From contig CP158636.1 of assembly GCA_050273025.1 (NCBI GenBank), positions 10,602,001 through 10,666,000 of the forward strand: DNA of 64,000 nt, in the 5' to 3' direction. The position numbers and the translations under genes were made by a program. Origin of the DNA: Cenococcum geophilum. Its lineage: Eukaryota. The notes under the pieces were generated by a model. That model made no database searches. It saw nothing but the letters and a program-made list of their open reading frames with translations, and had not been told where the DNA came from. Each line of letters opens with the position of its first letter. Position 1 is the stretch's first letter. Shown here piece by piece: positions 27,874 through 39,876 of the stretch.

Positions 27874-30800
27874 TGTTAAGAATATAGGCAAGTTACCGTC
27901 ACGTGAGGCAAGTTGCCGTTATGTGCGGCAAGTTGCCGTTATATGTCGCCGCGGCACTAGCGTGGTAAGGAACCTTAAGTTCCTTACCCCTTTCTTTAAA
28001 AAGAATATAGAATAATTATTATACTATCTACAAACCGTAGCTATATAATATCCCCTTATATAACTAACACTAATTAGTAGTTAACTTTACAGTTATACTA
28101 TAGAATAGCTAGGTATTACTAAGAAGAGATAAGCCACTATACTAGTGCTACTCGTGCTAAAGAAAGCTGTCTTTTAAGGTTAGAACTGGTCCTAAACCTT
28201 AAATAAAACTCTTCTACAAATCTAAGGATCTAAAGGCCAGAACTGGTCCTAAGCCTTTTTAAGATTATAGATTCTTGCGTCTATTACGCAGAATAATACG
28301 CTTTATAAGTCTTCGCGATTTAAGGCTAGAACTGGTCCTAAGCCCTATAATTATAAATATATATCTAAACGCGTACCAAACAATAAACGCGTACTAAATG
28401 ATAAATATATATTTTGAACGCGTACTAAACGATAATCCCTACGCTAATAATACTTCCCTTCCTTTAAAAATATGGCTACGCCTACTTTAAACGACTAGGA
28501 AGACTCCTTATTACTAGGGGTAGCTTTATACGCGAAACTTATTAATAAAAATTAGGACAAATTTACCTTTAATATAATAACTTATACTATAAAATAAGTT
28601 AATAGCTTTCTCCTATACTATATTATATTCTACTAAAGTAGATACTACGCCGATATATAGCTATAGAAATATTTTAGGGAGGATTTTATAGGATAGACCG
28701 CTAATACCTAAGTACTTGGCAATATTAATATTATTTAGGATTTTTAAGACTTCCTCTATAGGAATGGGGTATATGTTACTAAGAACGGTAACCTAATTAC
28801 TAGTAATATTTAGGCCGTTATTACTAGTATAGAAGAACTAGTATAGACGGAAGCTAAGATTATATATTAACTATGGAAACCTAGAACTAACCTATATTCT
28901 TTAGAAGGCAACTTTAATTTGGAATAAAACCCCTAAAACGCTACTCTTCTACCTAGAGGTACTTTTCCTCTACCTCTACCGTCTCTAACTCCTCTACTCT
29001 AGATAACCGGTAAGCCTTTACTATAAGAAGTTACGAATTTAATAAAGGTATATTTAGATAAAGAAAATGTTGGTCATACAGAGTGACTCACCAATAACGA
29101 CTACTCGAGTAGGGTTACAGTGATGTTGGTTAATAAAGCTTATTAATTGGAATAAGGAAGGGCGAGGAGCTTAAGGCTCCTCGCCACGCTAGTGCCGCGG
29201 CGACACGTGACGACCGCTTGCCTCATTCCCGACAGAAAAGAAGTTTAGAGGAGAATTATATAATATACTTAGAGCAAAACTATAGGTCTTCTATAACTGT
29301 TGTAATAAGGTTAGAATTTAATGCTACTAGTACTATTACGCTTTCTCTATTATATTAAAAGGACGGGTAGTAATATTCTATTACAACTATATTACGGGTA
29401 AAAACTATAGCTTTAATATAATACTTTAGCTTACTAAAGCCCACTTTAAGACTAATAAAAATCGCTAACTTTATATATCCGAATAGCGAGAGATTATATT
29501 CTAAAGAGTTATTACTTCTAACCTAATAAAGACTTATTTAGAGTGCCTTTAACTACTCTTTAATAAACTCTAGAAAATCTAATATAGCTTTACTAAAACT
29601 TACTAAAATAAAAATAGCCTAAGGGACTAGGTTATTTTAGTATGCTATAGCGTTCCTAAGTATAACTTAGCGCTATATAAACCTATAAATACGTTTAAAG
29701 GAGTATATACTAAGCTATGCTCCGCTATAAGTACTATAATATAAATATAAGAATCTTAATAGTTCTATACTAAAAGCCCTACCTAATTAAGCATTTCTAA
29801 CTAATATAATTATAACTAGACTAATTAAATATATAGCGGCCGTGGTAGGGAATATAGTAAAGGGTATAATTAATATTAACTATAAGGTAATTATGGAGGT
29901 CCTTATAGAGGTTTATTTCGAAGTAATTATTAAAAGAAGTGCTATATTTATAAAAAGCTAAATTGCTAATTAACTAGATACTCCCTTAATAAGTAAAAAG
30001 AGGTATATAATAAGTTCTGTTAGAGTATAAGAAATGTTAGAAATTATAAGGTTACTATAGCCTACTTTTAAAGCTTTCTAATTTAATATAAAGGCGTAAA
30101 AGATCTTAAGGGTAAGAGTAATAAGGTTAAATAGCTTCTTATAGATATAGAAATTAAGGACTACTCTTCTAACTAATACTTTACGGAGTATAGTAAGGTA
30201 GATAGCATATAAACCGTTACTATCCTTAATAATTAATCTACGCTCTATTCTATTACAAAATTAGATATCTTTAATAAGCTAAAGGAGAGTTCCGCGTTTT
30301 CCTTTAACGATAGATACTTGGCGTATATCTTTTATAGTATTATACCGGATATAGAAGCCGTAGGAGTATCTATAGTAGGAGAACCTTAAGTTTGAGCTCT
30401 TTAATAGCTTAATAGCTCTATTTAGATTAACTAATTAACGGTAGGCCAATATACAATTCGCTTTAGTAAAGGTACTATAATCTCTTTTAGTATAATTAGG
30501 GTCTAAACCCCCTTAGGATATATTACTTTCTATATCGTTCCTATAAATACTCTATTTTTATTTTACATTAAAGATATAAATAAGTTAGGCGTTAGGCTTA
30601 ATAACCTTAAAAATATACTTATTTAGGGAGATAACCAGGTGCCTATTATACGCAAGTAGGGTTACCCCTAGTTACTCCTTTATTAACTAGAAAAGAGTAT
30701 TACTTAAAGCTACTTAACTAAGTTAGAATTACGCTAACTGTACTATCGTTTTGGCCACTTATCTATTTATTAATTACTTAGGGTTCTTTAGTAAGTAGGC

Positions 30801-33800
30801 TATAAAGTTAAGGTTAAGGCAATTAAGCATCTTATAAAGTACTGTTATTACTGCTAAATAAACTAGAAGTCCCCTAGCCGATTTAAGTTTACCCTTAAGA
30901 ATAACTATAACTTTAACTTTTATATTATTATTAACGTTATATATCTTAGCGGCAAGCTAGTGCTCTAAGTTATTAACTTTTTAATCTTCTTCTAAGCCGC
31001 ACGTTTCTTAAAAGATATATTAGCTAGAAACGTATAGGATACCCTTTAATTATACTAGATTAATATTTATTTAGAACCCCCTAATTAAATTATTTATAAT
31101 ATAGGAAAGAACTTCTTATCTATAAAGTTCTAATAATAGATAAAGGTAATAGTAATTAAGGTTAAGGAAGTCCCCGTTAAGGCATATAATAGTATTAAAA
31201 AAGTAGAGTAATATTATACGCCATTACGCCGCGTATATAAAATTATCTCTTTAAAACTAAAGGATATTAGTAAAAAACTTACCTTATAAATAGCTATTAA
31301 AGCTATTAATAATTCCGCTAGCCTAGATAGACTTATACCTATATTACTAGTCTTTAGCGCCTACCCTTAAATAACTAACAATTCTTTACTATTTCCCTCT
31401 ATTATATAATAAGCTAAAGCTATTCACAAGATAATAAAGGAGGTGCGACGTCTCTATGCTATACGCTAGGTTAATAATATACTAGGAATAAGAAATAGCC
31501 TAAATACCTTAACTATACTTAATCTGCCACTCTAGTCTAAAGTACGCATATAGTATAAAAAGGGAGGATGGTTAGGCCTACACCAACTTATTATAATTAA
31601 TAGTTAAACTTATACTATTTAGATACCTTATAGACCTACTTAATTCTATTTAACTATTATTAAGCCTTACTATAAAGATAATAATTCTAAGCCTTTATAG
31701 GATGCCTTAGAAGATACCCTAAAGGAGAACTATAATTAATATACTCTAGAAGATAACTATAATCCTAATATAATTATAGTAGATATACCGCAACTACGAC
31801 GCGGTAGAGGTCGCCTAAAGGAATTATAAAATTACCAACATTTTATTAATTTTAAAGAGTAATTTATTGCCGCTATTAAGAATAGAGTTAAGCTATTAAT
31901 GGCCTTTATAATAGCTAAGGAGAAGGCTAACTTTAAACTTATAAAACAGCTTTAAAAGGAAGGTCATATTATAACTTTAGGAGCTCCTTTCTAAGCATCT
32001 AATAAGTAGGAGATTAACGGTCTTATTATAAGAGGAGTCTTTAAATTTAAGAAGTATAACCCTACTAAGTTTAATAAAGTTCGCATCTTTAAGTTAAGGA
32101 TAGTTAATAAGATTAAGGGCAAAGCTACTAATACCCTATTTAAGAAATTAAGGCTTATTATCTAAGGTTATAATAATAATAGTAAAGAGATAATTCTTAT
32201 ATAATCTCCTATAATTTAACGAGCTAGTTAGCGAGTTATTATTATATTAGCTCCCTCCTTAATAAAGAATAGAATGGCGGTTTATTTATAAGATATTACT
32301 TAAGCCTATACCTAATTAGAGACGCACCTTTAACGCTTAATATTGGCGCACCTTCTAGAGTAAATTCGCCACTAATATCCCAAAGATATAATTATAGTTG
32401 TGCTTAAGCTATTATATAAAATCGTAGAGGTAGGAACTTATTAGTAGGCTACCTATAGTAAGCACTATAAAGAGAAGCTTTTAATAACTACTTCTATATT
32501 TAATCCCTACTTCCTTATTATAACTATAGGAACTCCGTTTAGAATTGTTGGTATATAAACTAATAATACTATTATCTTAGGAGACGACTAATTCTTAGCT
32601 CTTAAAGAAAATAAGCTAGTAAAGGTAAATCTTATAGTAAAGCTAAAAGAAAAGCTTAATTTAATAACACTATTACTCTTTAATAGATGTATCCTTTCCC
32701 TAAATAAGGATTCTATTGCTTTACGCCAGAAGGGTTAAGGTAAGAAGATTAACGTTATTAATATTAATTTCCTAAAGTAAGGATATGTAGAGCAACGCGC
32801 TTGTGGAGCTTATATTACTTTTATCTATTAACCTAAGGCTTTATTTAATCTCTCTGTTGCTGCCTAATACTAGGAACTAACTAAGGATAATATTCTTGCC
32901 CTAAATAAACGTCTTTTTTAGTAAATAAGCCATCTTAACTAGGAACTACTCTACGTACCTATTAATCTTCCCACCGCTAAGCTCTTTGTATTTATTAATA
33001 GATTATTTATAAATAATAAAGATTTTAGCTCCTAGTTAGGATATAAAATTATTATTATAAATAAATCTACTAGAGAGAATAACTTTACAATCTATAGTAA
33101 CCTTATTTATTAGAGCTTAACTAAGAGTAAGCGTATTATTTAAAGTGTTTTAGCGTTAAAGATATATAGAATAGTTAGCGGAGTTAATATAGCAATTATA
33201 ATTAGAACTACCCTAAAGATAATTATAGATTAATTTAAACTTCCTATTATCCCTATAATCGTATATACCGACTTATATTCCCTCTATAAGTATTTAGTTA
33301 AGCTCGGTACTATAAAGGAGAAGCGCCTTATAATTAATATTATAGCACTTTAGTAATCCTATAAGCGTTAAGAACTCTTTAAAATTTAATAAATTAATAG
33401 CTAAGATAACCTAGTAGATATAATAATAAAGGCGAACCTAAATAAGGCATTAGAGACGTTTGTTAATATAAATACTCTATATATACGAGTTAAAGGTTAG
33501 GTTAAAAGGGAGTCCCTAGAAATTTCTTAGTTATGTAAGGTCTTAAGATATCTAGAAACTTTAACCGGCGGTTAAAGTTATCTAATTAGTTAGATTCTGC
33601 AGACCCTAACTTAACCTAGCTAATTAGGATTTTCTATCCCTAGGATAGAAAATCGCTATTGGCTCGCTTACCGCTAGCGCCTTAGCAGCCCTACTAATAA
33701 GATATTTACCTATAACTTATAAGCAAGAAAGCACTACGTGCTAAGAGGTAAATTTTAGAATAGTAAGACTTATATTACAATAGCAATAGTAAGTAAGGAG

Positions 33801-34069
33801 GATTAATATTTATTACGCTAGTCGAGCGGTATATATATATAGATAGTAACCGCAAAAGAAGAGTTGCTAGTGTTGGGAATATAGGCAAGTTGCTGTCACG
33901 CGAGGCAAGTTGCCGTTGCGTGCGGCAAGTTGCCGTCACGTGTCGCCGCGGCACTAGCGTGGTGAGGAACCTTAAGTTCCTCACCCCTTTCTTGAGGATA
34001 TAAAAACAAGAACAATTATTATACTATCTACGAACCGTAGCTACGTGATATCCCTTTGTGTAACTAATA
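27874..34069 (+). mobile_element. Full-length Ty1/Copia (GalEa-type) element 2, RIP-inactivated
   Basis: LTRs 27874-28069 and 33871-34069; TSD ATACT/ATACT; order gag-INT-RT-RH. De-RIPped motifs ELRQLHRRFGH (~30720), KSRLIIQ (~32145), GMQTDD (~32550), RVEGWV (~33490). CTAATTAGT follows the 5' LTR in place of a tRNA PBS, as known for fungal GalEa elements. Confidence 0.92.
29068..29234 (-). mobile_element. Solo LTR (167 bp) inserted in gag of Copia element 2
   Basis: TGTTGG..CCGACA flanked by GAAAA TSD; the empty site is present in element 1 at ~26602-26633. Confidence 0.9.
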
Positions 34070-35799
34070 ATACTTATATGTTTTATAATAAGTCTAAAAT
34101 ATAGTAATATTTTTTAATTTAGGGTTTATCCTAATTTAGTAAAAAGCTTAGCGGATATTAAGCTTTATAAAGATTTTAGCTTTACTTATTTAGGCTAAAG
34201 TCTTATTAAGTAAAGGCAGTAGGTAGCGGTCTTTAAGGGTTAAGTTATTAAGCTTATAGTAGTTAATATAGAAACAAAGTCCTCTATTTAGCTTTTTAGT
34301 AAAGAGAATAGATAAGTTAAAAGGGGCTTAACTAGGCTTAATAAAGCCCTTATCTAGGTTATTAATAAGATACTGCTTTATAGCCTATAATTTGGCAGTA
34401 GATTGCTATTAGAGGGGGCTATAGCTAAGGGTAACCACCTTATCCGGCTTAATTTTAATTTTATAGTTATATAGTTAATGAGGCGGAAGTATATTAAACA
34501 CTACTTTAAAAAAGGTGTTTTTAAATTTCTAATATTAACGGGGCAGTTTTTATTCTACTAGCTCCTTATTTATAAGCTTGCCTTCCTTTTAGGCTAGGGC
34601 TTCTTTCTCTTTAATTATTTAATTAATTTTGTATAAGCTGGTTATAAAGGTAACAGTATTAGGCTAAATTAGGTTTTAGTAAAATCCTATAGCGCTAATA
34701 TAGCAGATATTAACTAGTAAGCAGTCCATAGGTTTCTTTATAGATGTTTATTAGGCCGTATTTTGTAATATAGGGTTTATAATCTTTTTTAGCTTACGTT
34801 TTATTTTCTATAAGTTATCCTTTTAGTTTATTAGTTTAGTATATTGTCTAATATCCCTAGCCTTCCTTTATAGCTATATAGGGCCTAAGTTCTCTATTAG
34901 GGACTTAGCTAGGCCACTATTAACTTTCTAAGTCTTTAGTGCAGGTAGTATAACATAGGTAGTTTAGGGGCGGCGTGGTATACGGATCCGTTACGGATTA
35001 AGCTGTATATCCTTCTTAAAAGCCTAGTCTCTACGCGTTATATTAGCCTAGTAAATAGTATTTATCTGCGGCTATATAAGGTTTTCTATTATAATACTAA
35101 TCTCTTTTATAAAGGAAGGCGTTAGGGGTATAGTTTTAAGCTAGATAAGCTGCCTATTCTATATATTAAGCTATAAGCCTAAAAAGGCTAGCTATTTTCT
35201 CTCTAAGATTTTTTTTTTAGGTCTATTGTATTATACTACGCATAATACTACGCATGCAGCCTCTAGGCTATGGCGCTATAGCTCTATATATATAAATCCT
35301 TCTTAGGAAGCTTAATATGTACTAGTAACTATATCCTAGTAGTTTATAGCTACTTAGTAAAAACACTAGGTTACTAATAACTATTAGGTAATAAGAAACT
35401 AATAAAAAAGATTCTAAAAAAATAAGAAATCCTAACGCCTGTCCCTGTCCTTTTGTAAATTATTTCTATCCTTTTACTCCCTATTATCTATTTACTAGGA
35501 GCCTAGTAGGAGTTACCTCCTTCTAAAGATCCTACTGCTATTAGCCACTTTCTAGTAGCTATTCCTGTCCTGTCTAGGAATAGAAAAAGAGCTTCTCTTC
35601 CTTTCTTTATATAAAATAACTTCTTTAGAGAGAGAGAAGAGCCTAGTTACCTTTATATATTCTTTCTCTCTTCTTTATATAGGCTGTAGTCTAGTAGTAG
35701 GTGCTTAGGGGTTTATATAGCAGTATATTCTCTAAAGCATCTACCTTTTTTATCCTTTCCTATTGTTCTAGAGAAGGATTTAAAGAAACCCTTTCCTAG

Positions 35800-36740
35800 T
35801 CTTAGCTTCCGTCCATACTGGTTCTTCTATACTAATAATAACGGCCTAAATATTGCTAGTAATTGGGTTACTATTCTTAGTAACGTATACCCCATTTCTA
35901 TAAAGGAAGTCTCGGAAATCCTAAACAATATTAATATTGCTAAGTACTCAAGTATTAGCGGTCTATCCTACGAAATCCTCCCTAAAGTATTCCCATAGTT
36001 GTAAATCGGCGTAGTATCTACTTTGGTAGAATAGGATATGGTATAGGAGAAAGCCATTAACTTATTTTGCGGTATAAGTTATTATATTAATAGTAAATTT
36101 GTCCTAATTTTTATCGATGAATTTTGTATACACAGCTACCCCTAATGGTAAGGAGTCTTTCTAGTCGTTTAAAGTAGGCGTGGCTATATTTTTGGAGGAA
36201 GTAAAGTGTTATTGGTGTAAGGATTGTCGTTTAGTACGCGTTTGTGACGTGTATTTGCGATTATAGGGCTTAGGACTAGTTCTAGCCTTAAATCGCGAAG
36301 ACTTGTAAAGCGTATTGTTCTGCGTAATAGACGCAAGAATCTATAATCTTGGAAAGGCTTAGGACTAGTTCTAGCCTTTAGATCCTTAGATTTGTAGAAG
36401 AGTTCTATTTAAGATTTAGGACTAGTTCTGACCTTAAAAGACAGCTCCCTTTAGCATAAGTAGCACTAGTATAGTGGCTCGTCTCTTCTTAGTAGAATAC
36501 CTAGCTGCTCTATAATATAATAGTAAAGTTAACCACTAATCAGTATTAGTTATATAAGGGGATATTACGTAGCTACGGTTTGTAGATAGTATGATAATTG
36601 TTGTTCTTATATCTTTATGAGGGAGGGCGAGGAGCTTAAGGCTCCTCGCCACGCTAGTGCCGCGGCGACACGTGACGGCAACTTGCCATACGTGACGGCA
36701 ATATGCCTTAGATGGTGAGCGCTTGCCTTTATTCCTAACA
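35800..36740 (-). mobile_element. Truncated third Copia copy (5' LTR 36544-36740, leader, start of gag)
   Basis: Matches 26852-27820 but is less RIP-mutated; joined directly to Gypsy sequence at ~35800. Confidence 0.88.
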
Positions 36741-38189
36741 AATACTATTAATTAAATAATTAAATATTTTAGTTAGAAGCTTTACTAATCTCTAATAATA
36801 CTATATAATACCTTATACTAATACTTACCTATAATTATATATATAGTAAATTTTTAATATTCTAAACGATTATAGCCCTATTATATATATTATATTTAAT
36901 TAATATATCTTTATATAAATAAAATATACTTAGAGAAATTTAAGACTTTTAGTTAAGTAATTCTCTAATTTTTAAGAGACTACTTAGGCACTATATACGT
37001 GCTATAAACCAGAGAGGTTTATTAGAATATTTAAGAAAATAAAAGGGGGTATTAAAATCCTCTAAGAATCTCGAAAATTCCGAAAATTCCTCCTTAGAAT
37101 GAACTAAGGTAAATATAACTAAGTAAAAAAGATTTTAAAAAAAACCCCTAATAATCTTGGTACGACTAAGACACTAAGCTAAGCTACTTATTAGAATTAG
37201 AATCTTTAGGAAAGTTATAAGGAGCTAGTAAGATTTATTAGTAAATTCTAAAAAGAATAAGCTATTTTACGTACCTAGTTAAAGATCACCCTTAGACTTA
37301 ATTTTAGAACCCTTTTTTAAGGCGGCTACGCGAGCACCATTAATATTAAGCATCTTATTATAAAATCCGAGAATTTTAGAAAAAATAAAAATAAAAAACC
37401 TTATTAGCTGAAAAGGTACTAAAAAGAATCTTAAAAAAGGTAAGAAGGTAAGACCTATATCTCCCAAAGGCCTTAGGTATTCTCTTATTTTTACTAAAAT
37501 TAGAATTCCTATAAAAGAAGTTGGTTTTATTAAAATATATAAGAAATAAACTAGATTTCTTACCTCTTAGAGGCCCTTCTTTATACACTAAAGCTTAAGA
37601 ATGGATTCCTAGGTAAAGTAAGAAATTAAATTATAGGTATTGGAATTTTCAATAATATACTTCGTAATTACAGTTATATAGAAGTTTCTTAACCGCCTTA
37701 GTACTATTAATCTCACCATTAGCAGGCATTTTCTAAAAAAAATATTAAATTAGTTATTTCTTGTCTAAAAATAGTAAAAAACTTACTATATTTTAGATAT
37801 AGTAAGTATAGCATCTAGGATATACATCCTTATATCCCTAGAAACCAGCCCTAAAATATTAGAAAACCTAAGGAAAAATATAATCTTTTTTACCTTAATT
37901 TCTCCTCTAAGTCTTTGTCTTGTTGCTTTTAAATAAAATTAGCATATTCTTAAAATTACTAATAAAAAATATACCTTTAACGGTTTTCCTAATAGCTATC
38001 TTTTCTAGTATGCTGCTTTTTTGGTAGTATTAAGGGCAATAGCACTTATAGATTTAATACCTAAATTTTAAAATAATTCTTAGAAAAAATTATAAGTTAA
38101 TAAAGTAAGAAGCTATATATTAAATAATTCTTCCTAGTAAGAAAAAAGCTTAAGATATCGGAAAATCCAATAATTAAGTAATCGCTATA

Positions 38190-38414
38190 ACGTAGATAAT
38201 AGGGTTATAACGGTCGGCTACTACCGCTTCCTAATGTAGATGGAATACTAAAATACTACTAAATACCTTAGAAGCAGCCGTTGGGTTATACGCCGTTATA
38301 TTATTATATTATGCACGACTTAATAGCTGCTTCTAAGGTATTTAGCAGTATTTTAGTGTTCTATCTACATTAGGAAGCGGTAGTAGCCGACCGTTATAAC
38401 CCTATTATCTATGT
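38190..38414. mobile_element. Foldback MITE with ~100-bp inverted arms (Fot1/pogo-like ends)
   Basis: TA|ACGTAGATAATAGGGTTATAACGGTCGGCTACTACCGC... with its reverse complement ending CTATGT|TA. Confidence 0.8.
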
Positions 38415-38687
38415 TAGTAAAAAACTAAAAAACAAATTTCCTAAAAATTTATATCGTTAATTTAAAGCTAATATGTTAGAATAACTAAGAAACTAGTAAG
38501 CGATATAATATAAAACCGAGAAAGAAAAAAAGAAATCTTTGTAAAATTGAAAATATAGTTCTAGATAACTTCTTTTTCTAAAAATATATGAAAATCATAT
38601 AACTTAAAAAACTACTTACTTAGGAAGCATTTTAGGAGCTCTAAAAGAGCTGTAAGATTATTATTTTAGTATATAAGTTAGTATATA

Positions 38688-38916
38688 ACGTGGTTAACGG
38701 GGTTTTGACCGCTCCCTAGGTTATGACCGTTTTGAACATCAAAACTTTACCTAGGTTATATCTATCACGCCTAGGTAAGCCTTATCACGACACACCGCCT
38801 TTTAAATGTATGTGTTAATTTAATTTTGGCAGAACAACAAAACTTTACTTAAAACAGCAGGCGGTACGCTAGCGCGGTCATAACCCAGGGAGCGGTCAAA
38901 ACCCCGTTAACTACGT
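38688..38916. mobile_element. Fot1/pogo-like MITE, ~42-bp TIRs, TA TSD
   Basis: TA|ACGTGGTTAACGGGGTTTTGACCGCTCCC ... GGGAGCGGTCAAAACCCCGTTAACTACGT|TA. Confidence 0.85.
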
Positions 38917-39104
38917 TAACGTATATAGCTAATATAAAGCTCTAGCTTACTTGATTTTTGCTTATTAATTAAGCGTTAAGGTGTTTAAGGTTGAAGAGCT
39001 TAATTGAGTGTGAAGTTATCTCGGGCGCCAAGACCTCGCGTATGCTAGGCCGTTTCGGGCTTGGCGCCCCGACCGTCCGCGCCTGGACGGTTACCCTACG
39101 ATAG

Positions 39105-39376
39105 GAAGGCCCGTGCGCGAACACTAGAATTAGAACGCGTAGAATTTAACTATTAAATACACCACCACCATGCCTTCTAATCACGCTAGACTTGATGCAG
39201 ATCTTATTCGGAAGACTTAGTGTAAGATTCCCCCAAATAAGACAGCGAAAAAAAACCCCCCGAAGCCTTGGCCACTCTCCGAATTTTGTATTCCTAAGCA
39301 CGGCTACCAAATCCCGCTGATCTAATTGGTGGGCTCTTATCGATAACCTGCGTGCCCAAGTTAACGGGCTAAGGGA
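39105..39376 (-). mobile_element. Degenerate copy of the TCCCTTA-TIR MITE family
   Basis: Retains CTTATCGATAA, ATGCCTTCTAAT and the GCTAAGGGA|TA end; the other end is eroded. Confidence 0.65.
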
Positions 39377-39876
39377 TAATAACTTATCCCCCGTTATACT
39401 AGTATTATATTCTAATCTTAAGGTTGCCGCCTTAGATAGTATTATAGTTACTACCTTTAGCAGTACCTTATTATTACCTTTTACTATAACTTTAGTAGTA
39501 ATTATATAACGGAACCTTATAGTAAATACTACGATAGGTTCGTTATTAGACGTTAAGTATATGGGTAGAATTAATAGATAAGATTAACTCCGATATATTC
39601 TAAGAATTACTATAAAGAGAGGACTATCCACGGTAGGTCCTTAAGTATAATTCCTAACGCCTAAGAAACCTCTTCAGTACGTCGGTACGTTTAGTACGTG
39701 AGTACGTGAACCGCCCATGTGACTCACCCAGCCCTCGTCTCATGGTGCGATCCCTTCCATAGCTCCTCGAGTCGTGATGACTAACTCATCCACGTCCCTC
39801 CTAAGTAGCCGTGTCTATAAAGCCCGTAGCATGGGCATATAACATCATGTGAGCTCGTGGCCCGTGCCTCAACTAG

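Larger units (their letters stand above)
18974..35799 (-). mobile_element. Ty3/Gypsy chromovirus, RIP-inactivated, interrupted by two Copia elements and 5'-truncated
   Basis: 3' LTR 18974-19190 with adjacent PPT; chromodomain ~19400-19600; integrase ~20000-20700; RNase H ~21050-21400; RT split into ~21400-21764, 27821-27873 and 34070 onward; protease/gag remnants to ~35800. Confidence 0.9.
18560..39660. other. AT-rich RIP-mutated transposon block
   Basis: Almost no ORFs; TpA excess with CpA/TpG depletion; TE motifs recoverable by reversing C>T/G>A changes. Confidence 0.95.

Noticed and set aside
21765..34069. Assembly artefact (mirror-image contig)
   Set aside because: The arms differ by many independent RIP changes, different LTR variants, distinct TSDs and a solo LTR in one arm only.
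33775..37588. Three short ORFs inside the AT-rich block
   Set aside because: Chance open frames in an LTR or in RIP-degraded sequence.
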